Notes under the pieces: model-generated
Databases searched by the model: none
Seen by the model: only the letters and a program-made list of their open reading frames with translations
What the model was told of the DNA's origin: nothing
Translations under genes and position numbers: made by a program
Shown here: piece by piece, positions 29,492-38,002 of the stretch
Layout of the letters: each line of letters opens with the position of its first letter
Position numbering within the stretch: position 1 is the first letter of the stretch
Assembly: GCA_030430155.1 (NCBI GenBank)
Contig: JAUIFV010000001.1
Span: 8,254-72,253, forward strand
Source of the DNA: Gammaproteobacteria bacterium
GTDB lineage: Bacteria > Pseudomonadota > Gammaproteobacteria > Xanthomonadales > SZUA-5
Reading direction: 5' to 3'
Length of the DNA: 64,000 nucleotides

Positions 29492-29761
29492 GGGCTGAGG
29501 GCTGAGGGCTGAGGGCTGAGAAGAGCTTTTCACTTCCTGCCGCTGTTAAGCGGAATCGCAAACTCGCGCCGGCAATGAAACTGTGGAAAGTCGGGCACGC
29601 TGCGCTTTGCCCAACCTACGTGAAGCAGGCCCGAAAACCGTAGGGTGGGCAGAGCGCAGCGTGCCCGCCAGCCAACTGCGAGCATAGAAATCGCTCCATC
29701 TGGACGCTTTGCGTGCGGCCGGCGACGCTCTTCTCAGCCCTCAGCCCTCAGCCCTCAGCCC
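29492..29761. repeat. 270-bp element with (GGGCTGA)4-GAAGAGC / GCTCTTC-(TCAGCCC)4 termini enclosing a REP pair
   Basis: See the coordinates in findings. Between convergent FHA and S9 peptidase genes. Confidence 0.9.
29592..29667. repeat. inverted pair of REP-like units
   Basis: CGGGCACGCTGCGCTTTGCCCAACCTACG (29592-29620) and CGTAGGGTGGGCAGAGCGCAGCGTGCCCG (29639-29667). Confidence 0.85.
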
Positions 29762-31851
29762 TCCCCACCCAACCACCGCCGCAACCACCCATGCACCTCC
29801 CCGTAGTAGTGCCGGCTGTTCTCCGCATTCTTGATCCAGTGGTCCTCGGTGGGATAAACCAGTAATCGGCTGGGCACCTGGCGGCGCTGGAGCAGCGCCC
29901 AGTACTCCAAGGTGTTGTTCAGCGGTACTCGGTAGTCCAACTCGCCGACGCTGAGCAGGGTCGGGGTGCGGAAGTTGGCGGCTTTGCGGGCGGGATTCTG
30001 CTCGGTCCATACTTTGCCCTGCTCCCACACCGGGCCGCCGGCTCCGAGTTCGCGCGGGTACACGATGTCGCTGGTGCCCCACTGCGAATGCAGATTGACC
30101 AACCCGGCGTGGCTGATCAGGCAGCGATAGCGATCGGTGGTGCCCTGCATCCAGTTGGCCAGGTGGCCACCGTAGCTGGCGCCCAGCGCACATTGCCGTT
30201 CGCCGTCAATGAACTCAAAGCGCTTGATCGCCTCGTCGGCGGCCCGGTTGATGTCGCTGGCCGGGCCGGCGAAAGGATCGCCGTGGATGGACTGGGCGAA
30301 CGCCTCGCCGTAGCCGGTAGAGCCCCGATAGTTGGTCAACAGCAACACATAGCCGGGGGAACCGAGCAGGTGGTAGTTCCAGCGGGTGAAGAAGTGGTCC
30401 TTCCACATGCTGTGCGGACCGCCGTGCATCGCCACCAGCAGCGGATAGCGCTGTCCCGGATCAAAGCGCGGGGGGCGAATGAGCAGGCTATGAATGGCGT
30501 CGCCGTTCTCGTTGTCGAACCAGAACTCCTCCGCCGGCGGCAGGTCCAACTCGGCCAATCGGGCCTTGGTGAACTGGGTCAGCGGGTAATGGGTCTTGCC
30601 GTTCGGATCGATGCGCACCAGTTCGGCGGGCTCGATGGCACTTTGATAGCTGGCCAGTATGCGCGCCTGACTACGGCTGCCGGCGACGTTGAGATCGCTG
30701 TAGATGCCGCGCTGCAGCCCATAGGCGCGCTTGCCGACACTGTCGCCCAATCGGGCGCGATACAGATTGACATGGGCGGCCTGATCGACCAGAAACCACA
30801 CCGTGCGGCCGTCCGGGTCCAGTGCATAGCTGTCGATGGACAGCTGCCGCGGTGCCGACAGCCGGGCGCTGCGCTGACGCTGCTGCAGATCGTATAGATC
30901 CAGATAGCTGGCGCTGTACACCCGGTCCGTCCGCGGCGTCACCAGCGCCAGCACGGACTGACCATCGGCGCTGAATCGTGGCTTCTCGAAACTCTCAGCG
31001 GCGCGGTCCAGTGGCGCCGGGTTGATCCTGGTGATCGCCAGATCGGCCAGATTGAGCAGGTACAGATCGAGGCGGATGTGTTCCAGCGCGCCTCGGTCGG
31101 CGTTGGTGCTGGCCACAAAAGCGATCTGACGCCCATCCGGCGACCAGCTCGCGTCCAGACCCTGGGTTCCCACTTCGCTGCGTCCGGCAAATCCCGACTG
31201 CGCCACCAGCGCGCTGTCGGCGAGTAGATCGCGGACTGAGCCATCGACCAGATCGACCAGCAGCAGGTGGGTCTGCCGCTCATCGCTCCAGTGGTTCCAG
31301 TCGCGTACCGGGAAAGCCTCGTAGACCCGTACGCTGTGTTTGCGCTGGCCGATCTCGCCGGCGACGCGCCGGTTGTCGGCATCATTGCGGGTACCGGGGT
31401 AGACGTCGCTTTCGATCAGCAGTTGAGTGCCGTCGGGAGAGAACTTCGGCCGCCGTGCGCCGGTCGCCAGATTGGTCACCCGCCGTGCCTCGCCGCCCTC
31501 GCGCAGATCCAGCACGTAGATCTGCGGCGCGGTGTCATCCTCGCGCTGGGCAACGAAGGCCAACAGGCTGCCGTCGGCGTTCAGATCCGGCTGCGCCTCG
31601 GCGCCGGGGTGTTGGGTCAGACGCCGCGAATGATGCTTTCCGGCCGGATCGATCCACCACAGATCGACCCGCTCCTCCTTGGGGTCGTAGGCCGGCTCAA
31701 CCAATAGGCTGACCGCGTGCTCGCCGTCGGCGCTGAGCACCGTTGGTCCCAACCGCGGCATCAGCCACACGTCTTCATGAGTGATCGGTCTGGCGGCCCA
31801 ACCGACCTGGGTCCCCAGCGCCAGCACGAACAGCATCCAACTCACACGCAT
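29755..31851 (-). CDS. S9 family serine peptidase (beta-propeller + alpha/beta hydrolase)
   Basis: Signal peptide MRVSWMLFVLALGTQVGWA. Nucleophile elbow GASYGG. The stop TGA lies inside a TCAGCCC heptad. Confidence 0.85.
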   Translation of the reverse strand: MRVSWMLFVLALGTQVGWAARPITHEDVWLMPRLGPTVLSADGEHAVSLLVEPAYDPKEERVDLWWIDPAGKHHSRRLTQHPGAEAQPDLNADGSLLAFVAQREDDTAPQIYVLDLREGGEARRVTNLATGARRPKFSPDGTQLLIESDVYPGTRNDADNRRVAGEIGQRKHSVRVYEAFPVRDWNHWSDERQTHLLLVDLVDGSVRDLLADSALVAQSGFAGRSEVGTQGLDASWSPDGRQIAFVASTNADRGALEHIRLDLYLLNLADLAITRINPAPLDRAAESFEKPRFSADGQSVLALVTPRTDRVYSASYLDLYDLQQRQRSARLSAPRQLSIDSYALDPDGRTVWFLVDQAAHVNLYRARLGDSVGKRAYGLQRGIYSDLNVAGSRSQARILASYQSAIEPAELVRIDPNGKTHYPLTQFTKARLAELDLPPAEEFWFDNENGDAIHSLLIRPPRFDPGQRYPLLVAMHGGPHSMWKDHFFTRWNYHLLGSPGYVLLLTNYRGSTGYGEAFAQSIHGDPFAGPASDINRAADEAIKRFEFIDGERQCALGASYGGHLANWMQGTTDRYRCLISHAGLVNLHSQWGTSDIVYPRELGAGGPVWEQGKVWTEQNPARKAANFRTPTLLSVGELDYRVPLNNTLEYWALLQRRQVPSRLLVYPTEDHWIKNAENSRHYYGEVHGWLRRWLGGEG

Positions 31852-32095
31852 CGCACATCCTTGTCCATGGCTGACGCCAACCTTGCCCAAAAGCCGATCA
31901 GGAACTCAAGAGCAGCACCTGCGCATGCGCAGCACCTTGGTTGGGACTCACGCCATTTACACAAAGTTGCGGCGAAGCTGTGGTGAAGCTGCATCCGATT
32001 CAACGCCGTTTGCGTATGGGATCGGACACCGGCGGACCAGGGGGGCTGGTCGACGCGTGATCCATTGCAGTGCGAAACACACCACGGGGCTTTCG

Positions 32096-33172
32096 ATGAT
32101 CAACAATTTCATTGGCAAAGGCGCGGCCTGTGCTGTCGCTGCTTTGCTGTTTGTATTGGGCGGCTGTAGTGTCCGCCAGCCGGCGCCTACGCAGCCGCAG
32201 CCAGTGGTCGCACCGACGCCATCCAGTACGAGTTCTGCCGCCCAAAGGACGGCCAGCGCCGAGAGCGCGCCAACCGTGGATACGCCGTCCAAGGCGCAAG
32301 CGAGCGCCCCGGCCAGTGCCCCACCGGCGGCAGCAAGCCTGCCCCCACCCGCGCAGCCAACGGCTCCCGCTGCGCCGGCGCCAGCCGTGCCCGCCAAGCC
32401 TGCCCCTGCCGCCGTTCCGGCTGCGGCGGCTGCCACCGTGGCGAAGCCGGCAGCGGCGCCCAAGCCAGCGCCCGCAGCACCGCCTCCCAAGCCGGTCGCA
32501 GCAGCGGTCGAGCAGAAGGTCGTCGCCAAAGCGGCGACCGCAGAATCATCGTCGACCGCTGTCGCCGCAGCAGCGCCGGTGCCCGCCGAGCAGGTCAGCG
32601 CCGGGCACCGTATCAGCGGCACCGTTGAGCTCCGCGCCAAGGGCCGACAGAAACTCAGCCCTGGCGAAGTTCGCGACACCGTGGTGTATTTCCGACCCAA
32701 CAGCGGCTCGCCGCGATTGCAGCCCGGCCGCCACACCGTCTACACCCGTAACAAGGCCTTCGATCCGCCGCTACTGGTGGTGCAGAAGGGCAGCACGGTG
32801 GCCTTTCCCAACGGCGACCCGATCCTTCACAACGTCTATTCCAACACCCCGGGGCAGGAGTTTGACTTCGGCTTCTACGGCGAAGGTGAGAGCAAGGAGT
32901 ACGTCTTCGATCGTGCCGGGCTGGTGCTGGTCAGCTGCAATGTGCATCACGTCATGGCTGCCAACATCATGGTCCTGGACACGCCCTACTACACCCGACC
33001 GGACGCCAGCGGTCGATTTGAACTGAACAATCTGCCCTCCGGCTTGGGTGAGCTGGTGATCTGGCATCCACGCGGCAGCGCTGAGACCCAGGCGGTTGCG
33101 CTGCCCACCAGCGGCGAACTGCGCCAGGTGCTGGATATCAACCGGCCGCGACTGGGAGTAGCGCGCCGATGA
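32096..33172 (+). CDS. cupredoxin-like lipoprotein with ~140-aa Ala/Pro-rich linker
   Basis: Start trimmed to MINNFIGKGAACAVAALLFVLGGCS (lipobox). C-terminal domain has HNVYS ... CNVHHVM, resembling type-1 copper ligands (His, Cys, His, Met). Confidence 0.6.
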   Translation: MINNFIGKGAACAVAALLFVLGGCSVRQPAPTQPQPVVAPTPSSTSSAAQRTASAESAPTVDTPSKAQASAPASAPPAAASLPPPAQPTAPAAPAPAVPAKPAPAAVPAAAAATVAKPAAAPKPAPAAPPPKPVAAAVEQKVVAKAATAESSSTAVAAAAPVPAEQVSAGHRISGTVELRAKGRQKLSPGEVRDTVVYFRPNSGSPRLQPGRHTVYTRNKAFDPPLLVVQKGSTVAFPNGDPILHNVYSNTPGQEFDFGFYGEGESKEYVFDRAGLVLVSCNVHHVMAANIMVLDTPYYTRPDASGRFELNNLPSGLGELVIWHPRGSAETQAVALPTSGELRQVLDINRPRLGVARR

Positions 33173-34095
33173 AGCGCCAGCAGGGCTTGCTGATTCCCGG
33201 ATTGCTGCTCGTCTCGGTGATGGCCGTGTTGATCTTCTGGGCCAGCTATCAGCAACAGCGGGTGCTAGCCGAGCAGCTGCAGCGCACCGGCTATGAGCGC
33301 AGCGTCGCGGTGCAGGGCTTGTTCGAGCAGCTTCGGGTCGACGCGCTGAACAGCAAAGGCAGCGCCCTGGCCAACAACCAGGCCTTCGTCGCCTACGTCG
33401 CGCAGGCGCTGAATCTCGGCGGCCTGCCGGATGGAGCGGTCGACGTCAGCTCGGTCTCCGATTTGCTCGGCGAGCGCGCGCAACAGCTGGAGTTTGCCGT
33501 CGCCGCGGTGTTGGATGACAGCGGGCGGGTGCTGGCCAGTTCAGACGCGGTGGTGCCGCGCGGACAGCGGATCAGCGATCAAGACCTGCTCGACAGCGTG
33601 GTCGACAACAATCTGCCGCAGACGACGGTAATCGATATGGGCAATGGCCCGGTCCTGGCGTCAGTCTCACCGATGCGCCGCGGCGGGCTGTTTGACGGCT
33701 TCATGCTCGCCGGTCTGCGCCTGGACGCGGCGATGATGGAAGAGCTGGCCCAGGCGGCGGCTGCAGAGGTATCGCTGCTGCAGCTCAATCGCGGCGAAGT
33801 CAGCCTGCGCTACAGCAACTCAGCGCCGAATCTGCAGCAGCAGCTGCCGGCGCTGGTCGGAACCGACTGGGCTATCCATCAGGGTCCGCAATCGATGCTC
33901 TCCACCGGCACCGAAACGCTGCGCCTGAACTCGCTGTTTGGCGCAGATCAGCTGCTGCTCGCCTATCACCTGCCCGCCTCAGCCAGCAAGCCGGTGCTGG
34001 ACGAGGTGAACCGTCCGCTGCTGCTTGCCGGCGCCATCGGAATCGCGCTGTTCGCGATCTGGCTGTGGTGGCTTAGTCGCCGCCTGACCCGTTAG
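33169..34095 (+). CDS. bitopic/bi-TM membrane protein with periplasmic sensor-like domain and no output domain
   Basis: The ATG overlaps the upstream stop (ATGA). N-terminal TM, ~250-aa extracytoplasmic region, and a C-terminal TM ending 7 residues before the stop. Confidence 0.5.
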   Translation: MKRQQGLLIPGLLLVSVMAVLIFWASYQQQRVLAEQLQRTGYERSVAVQGLFEQLRVDALNSKGSALANNQAFVAYVAQALNLGGLPDGAVDVSSVSDLLGERAQQLEFAVAAVLDDSGRVLASSDAVVPRGQRISDQDLLDSVVDNNLPQTTVIDMGNGPVLASVSPMRRGGLFDGFMLAGLRLDAAMMEELAQAAAAEVSLLQLNRGEVSLRYSNSAPNLQQQLPALVGTDWAIHQGPQSMLSTGTETLRLNSLFGADQLLLAYHLPASASKPVLDEVNRPLLLAGAIGIALFAIWLWWLSRRLTR

Positions 34096-34129
34096 TCGCG
34101 CTTGCCGCGCCATCGACAAGGATCACTCA

Positions 34130-35029
34130 ATGTCCTGCCGCTCGCTCTCTCGAACTGCATTGATCGCCATGGCAATCGTGCTGTATTGCCACACGCCGCT
34201 ACATGCGCAAACCGTCGATGCACCCGCCGGGCTTAGCGGCAAACTGCTGCTGACCGGCGGCGTGACCCAGGTCGAGGGCAGCGCCGGCGGCGGGCTGACG
34301 CCGTGGGCGGTGATCGGCGGCTACGGCAGCGAAGACCAGATCGGCGCCAACGCCTACTACACGCGGGTGGACGTCAGCGACTACGGCCTGGACAGCTACG
34401 GCGTGCTGGTCGGCTTCTACGATCGATTCGAGATCAGCCTGGCCAGGCAGCGCTTCGACACCCAGCGCATCGGTGCGGCGCTGGGCTTGGGATCCGGATT
34501 CGAATTCGAGCAGGACATCGTCGGACTGAAGTGGCGAGTGGCCGGCGACGCGGTGGTAGAACAGGATTCCTGGCTGCCGCAGATCAGCATCGGCCTGCAG
34601 CACAAGCGCAACAAGCAGGGCGACATCGTTCGTGCCGTGGGCGCGCAGGATTCCTCCGGCACCGACGTCTACATCAGCGCCACCAAGCTGTATCTGGCCC
34701 AAAGCCTGCTCCTCAACGGCACGCTGCGCTTCACCAAGGCCAACCAGATGGGCATCCTCGGTTTCGGCGGCGATCGCCGCGACAGCTATCGCGCCCAGCT
34801 GGAGATGTCCGCCGCCTATCTGCTCTCCAGACAGCTCGCCATCGGCGCCGAATACCGCAGCAAGCCCAACAACCTGGGCATCGCCGACGAGGACGACTGG
34901 TGGGATGTGTTCCTGGCCTGGGCGCCGAACAAGCATGTGTCGATGACCCTGGCCTACGTCGACCTCGGCAACATCGTCATCGCCGACGACCAGACCGGCT
35001 ACTACTTCTCATTGCAGGGCGGCTTCTAG
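34130..35029 (+). CDS. DUF3034-like outer-membrane beta-barrel protein
   Basis: Signal peptide. LTGGVTQVEGSAGGGLTPWAVIGGYG and alternating beta-strand pattern. Family name is from memory. Confidence 0.6.
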   Translation: MSCRSLSRTALIAMAIVLYCHTPLHAQTVDAPAGLSGKLLLTGGVTQVEGSAGGGLTPWAVIGGYGSEDQIGANAYYTRVDVSDYGLDSYGVLVGFYDRFEISLARQRFDTQRIGAALGLGSGFEFEQDIVGLKWRVAGDAVVEQDSWLPQISIGLQHKRNKQGDIVRAVGAQDSSGTDVYISATKLYLAQSLLLNGTLRFTKANQMGILGFGGDRRDSYRAQLEMSAAYLLSRQLAIGAEYRSKPNNLGIADEDDWWDVFLAWAPNKHVSMTLAYVDLGNIVIADDQTGYYFSLQGGF

Positions 35030-35062
35030 CCAGGCTTGCGCCCACGAACCCGGAGCCAACCA

Positions 35063-35524
35063 ATGACCCTACGTCTGATTTGCTGCCTGTGCTTCTTCCT
35101 TGCCGCGCCGCTGTCGGCAGAGAATAGCGTGCCCGACCCGGCCCCGGCCCACCCGGAACTGCGCCCGGTGCTGGACGATTTCGGCGGCATGCCGGGACTG
35201 ACCGCGCTGATGGACACCTTCATGGAAATCATGCTCGAAGACCCGCGCCTGCGGCCCTTCTTCGAACACACCGAAAACGACCGCATCAAGCGCCAGCTGG
35301 CCGAACAGTTCTGCGTGATCCTTGGCGGCGACTGCGTCTACACCGGCCGCGACATGGTCGAGTCGCACAACGGCAGCATCATCGACCGCGCCGATTTCAA
35401 CGCCCTGGTCGAAGACCTGCAGATCGCCATGGACCGCCACAACATCCCCTTCCGCTCGCAGAACAAGCTGCTGGCGATCCTGGCGCCGATGCATCGGGAG
35501 GTGATTACGCCGAAGGCGGAGTGA
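35063..35524 (+). CDS. group 1 truncated hemoglobin with signal peptide
   Basis: MTLRLICCLCFFLAAPLSA-EN signal. The globin core DTFMEIMLEDPRLRPFF...ILGG...YTGRDMVESH aligns by eye with trHbN. Confidence 0.8.
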   Translation: MTLRLICCLCFFLAAPLSAENSVPDPAPAHPELRPVLDDFGGMPGLTALMDTFMEIMLEDPRLRPFFEHTENDRIKRQLAEQFCVILGGDCVYTGRDMVESHNGSIIDRADFNALVEDLQIAMDRHNIPFRSQNKLLAILAPMHREVITPKAE

Positions 35525-35532
35525 TGGTTGAA

Positions 35533-35559
35533 GGGCCCAGGTCAGGGCCCAGGGCCCAG
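35533..35559. repeat. solo GGGCCCA heptad block after the truncated hemoglobin gene
   Basis: GGGCCCAGGTCAGGGCCCAGGGCCCAG. Confidence 0.75.
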
Positions 35560-35590
35560 TTGCAGCCGCCGGTAGCGCCGATGTTCGTTT

Positions 35591-35613
35591 TGTAGGAGCT
35601 TGCCTGCAAGCGA
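35591..35613. repeat. single Pseudomonas-type REP-like hairpin
   Basis: TGTAGGAGCTTGCCTGCAAGCGA (GCTTGC-ct-GCAAGC). Only one copy in the window. Confidence 0.5.
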
Positions 35614-35659
35614 TGCTCTTGGGCTTCGCTCAGCAGCCAGGCCGAATTTCTGAGCGGAA

Positions 35660-36991
35660 TTAATTTTGCGGGTCGCTTGGCTTGAGACTGTTGACCGGGA
35701 TCGACCAAACGGGATCCTCCAAGCGCTGCAACAACTCGATACCGATCGACCGACCATTGCCGGTCACCTTGTAGGCATGCGATGGGCTGCGCAAGTGGTC
35801 CGGCAGTCGCCGCAATCGTTCCGCGAGTGGATCGCCATCGTCGTGAGCGCGCAACCACTGGGCGGCCTTCAGCAGGCGCAGTCGCGCGTCCAGGTCCAGT
35901 GCACGAAGGTAATATGGATCCAAGAGCGTTTCGGCGATCGCCATCAGCACGCAACCGTATGGGTTGTACAGCTTCTCGGCGAAGGTGCATTGTGGCTCTG
36001 GCGGCACCGGGTCAGCGCTTCGGCCAACAATGCGGTCTCGGTGTGCGTCGCCACAGTAGTAGGTCTTCTGCAAAGCGCTCATGGCTAGTGTATGGCGCCA
36101 ATTGATCATTCGTCCTTGCAGTTGGTCCAAGGTCGACTCCGCGCCATCGACCGCTTCCATGAGCCCGGTGCTCATCCATTCTTGCTCACCGATCATGACC
36201 CGGCATTGCATCAGCTCGCTGTCAGCCAGTGGATCGAATGCGCTTAGGCAAGGGAGGGACTCCCAATGTGGCTGCTCGGCGAGAATCTGCGCAGCCAGCG
36301 CCGCATTCGCCGCGATCGTGACCTGTCCGAGGAGGTCGACAACGAGGATGTCGGTGTTGCTGCGCAGTGTTCGCCACGCCCGTGTATGCCGACAAAGTCG
36401 CTGCAAGGCGGCATCGGCGCCAAGCGTCAAATACTCATGCGCTGCCGCAACGCGAACGATTCCGCCGATGCCGCTGGGAATCGTCAATGGCGCTCGTAGG
36501 GAACGAGGGAAAGTCTGCGCGACATGATCGTATTGCTCCAGGAGCATCTCGCGTTCCAGCCGCTGACGCTGAACCTGCAGTTCCATGGCGATCGCGGGCA
36601 AGTGCTCGCGCACGTCTCTCAGGCAGTCGCCTTCGCGCCGATAGCACGCCGCGGCGACTCCTTCATTGACCGCGTCCAAGTTCAAGGAACGGGTTTCTGC
36701 GACCGACACAAAGCTGTCTGACGGGTCCTTGGCCTGTTGGAACTCAGCGAACCGCTCCAGATCTTCGGTCATGACCTGATCCAACTGATCAACCGGGACG
36801 TTATAGGGAAGGAACCACAGCAACGGATAAGCGTTGCGTTCACCCAGCGGTTCCGCCTTAATCTTCTCGACCAGATCCAAGGCGGCCTGTTGCTCATCGC
36901 TCAGTAGCGGCAGCCAGTGGCTGAGAAGCAGACCAAACCAGAGTGCAGGTAGACAGACGGCGAGAACGATCGACCACTTCAGCAAACGCAC
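35660..36991 (-). CDS. membrane-anchored hypothetical protein
   Basis: 443-aa ORF with N-terminal TM. 3 nt downstream of the methyltransferase gene. No family recognised. Visibly lower GC than its neighbours. Confidence 0.5.
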   Translation of the reverse strand: MRLLKWSIVLAVCLPALWFGLLLSHWLPLLSDEQQAALDLVEKIKAEPLGERNAYPLLWFLPYNVPVDQLDQVMTEDLERFAEFQQAKDPSDSFVSVAETRSLNLDAVNEGVAAACYRREGDCLRDVREHLPAIAMELQVQRQRLEREMLLEQYDHVAQTFPRSLRAPLTIPSGIGGIVRVAAAHEYLTLGADAALQRLCRHTRAWRTLRSNTDILVVDLLGQVTIAANAALAAQILAEQPHWESLPCLSAFDPLADSELMQCRVMIGEQEWMSTGLMEAVDGAESTLDQLQGRMINWRHTLAMSALQKTYYCGDAHRDRIVGRSADPVPPEPQCTFAEKLYNPYGCVLMAIAETLLDPYYLRALDLDARLRLLKAAQWLRAHDDGDPLAERLRRLPDHLRSPSHAYKVTGNGRSIGIELLQRLEDPVWSIPVNSLKPSDPQN

Positions 36992-36994
36992 CAG

Positions 36995-37780
36995 TTAGTC
37001 CTTCTCGTTGGGCAGCATCGCCTTGATCGAGTACAGCATAGGCACATCCATCGCGCCATCGGCGCGGTAGTAGCGCCCCGGCTCGCGCTCGATCAGGTTG
37101 GGAAAGCAGTCGTAGGGCGAGTAGGGATACTCGTTGAAGCGCAGCAGCCGAAGTCCGGCGTCCAGCAGGGCGTTGATCACCGCGCTGACCGGGTGACTCC
37201 ACACATACAGCGGTAGTTCGGCGGCGGCATTCTCGGTGTAGCTGCGCTCGACGATGCGCTGCGGCTGCTCGGTGTGGAAGTAGGGATCGCCATCGAGGGC
37301 GTAGCTGTAGGGGTGGAACTCGACCAGATCGAAAACGCCGCCCGGCCGCAGCGCGCTGGCCACGACCTGCGCCCAGCGGCCGATGTCGGGCAGCCACTCG
37401 AGCACCCCGTAGGAACTGTAGACCCGGTCATAGCGCTGCGGCAGCCGCTCGGCGCAGGCCAGCACGTCGGCGCAGATGAACTCGGCCGGCAGGCCGCTGC
37501 GTGCGGCCAGATCGCGTGCCTGATCGATCGCGGCGGGGGAGAAATCAACGCCGGTGACCTGCGCCCCCAGCCGCGCCCAGGACAAGCTATCCAGGCCGAA
37601 ATGGCACTGCAGATGGAGCATCGATAGACCGCTCACCGCCCCGACCTGCGCCAGCTCCAGCGGATTGAGCGAACTCTTTCCACCCAGGAAGCCGGCCACG
37701 TCATAAAAGCGCGAGCCAACATGTTCGGCGGTGCGTTGGTCCCAGGAGGCGCGATTGGTGTCGATGGCGGTGTCGGTCAT
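36995..37780 (-). CDS. class I SAM-dependent methyltransferase
   Basis: 261 aa. Motif-I-like LHLQCHFGLDS and general Methyltransf_11/23-like layout. Confidence 0.65.
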   Translation of the reverse strand: MTDTAIDTNRASWDQRTAEHVGSRFYDVAGFLGGKSSLNPLELAQVGAVSGLSMLHLQCHFGLDSLSWARLGAQVTGVDFSPAAIDQARDLAARSGLPAEFICADVLACAERLPQRYDRVYSSYGVLEWLPDIGRWAQVVASALRPGGVFDLVEFHPYSYALDGDPYFHTEQPQRIVERSYTENAAAELPLYVWSHPVSAVINALLDAGLRLLRFNEYPYSPYDCFPNLIEREPGRYYRADGAMDVPMLYSIKAMLPNEKD

Positions 37781-38002
37781 TGATTCCGTTCACTCAAAGT
37801 CGTGGGAGTGCCAAGCGGCAGTTCGTCCGTCGCGGGCGAGGCCCGTCGAACGAGCGGGCTACGCCTACGAACGCGCAAGCCCCACCGCTCATGCGATTGA
37901 ATTAACAACATTTGACTTGACTTCGGTGCGTTTCAATTTCGTGCGTAGCAAACCAAACTCCGGACCAAGTCACAAAACCTTAACATTCAACGGGGAATCG
38001 CG

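Noticed and set aside
37781-38002. Riboswitch (cobalamin/TPP) or Fur box upstream of the TonB-dependent receptor
   Set aside because: I could not find a B12 box (GCCACTG-like) or the conserved TPP core. The only A/T-rich stretch (GATTGAATTAACAACATTT) matches the Fur consensus poorly.
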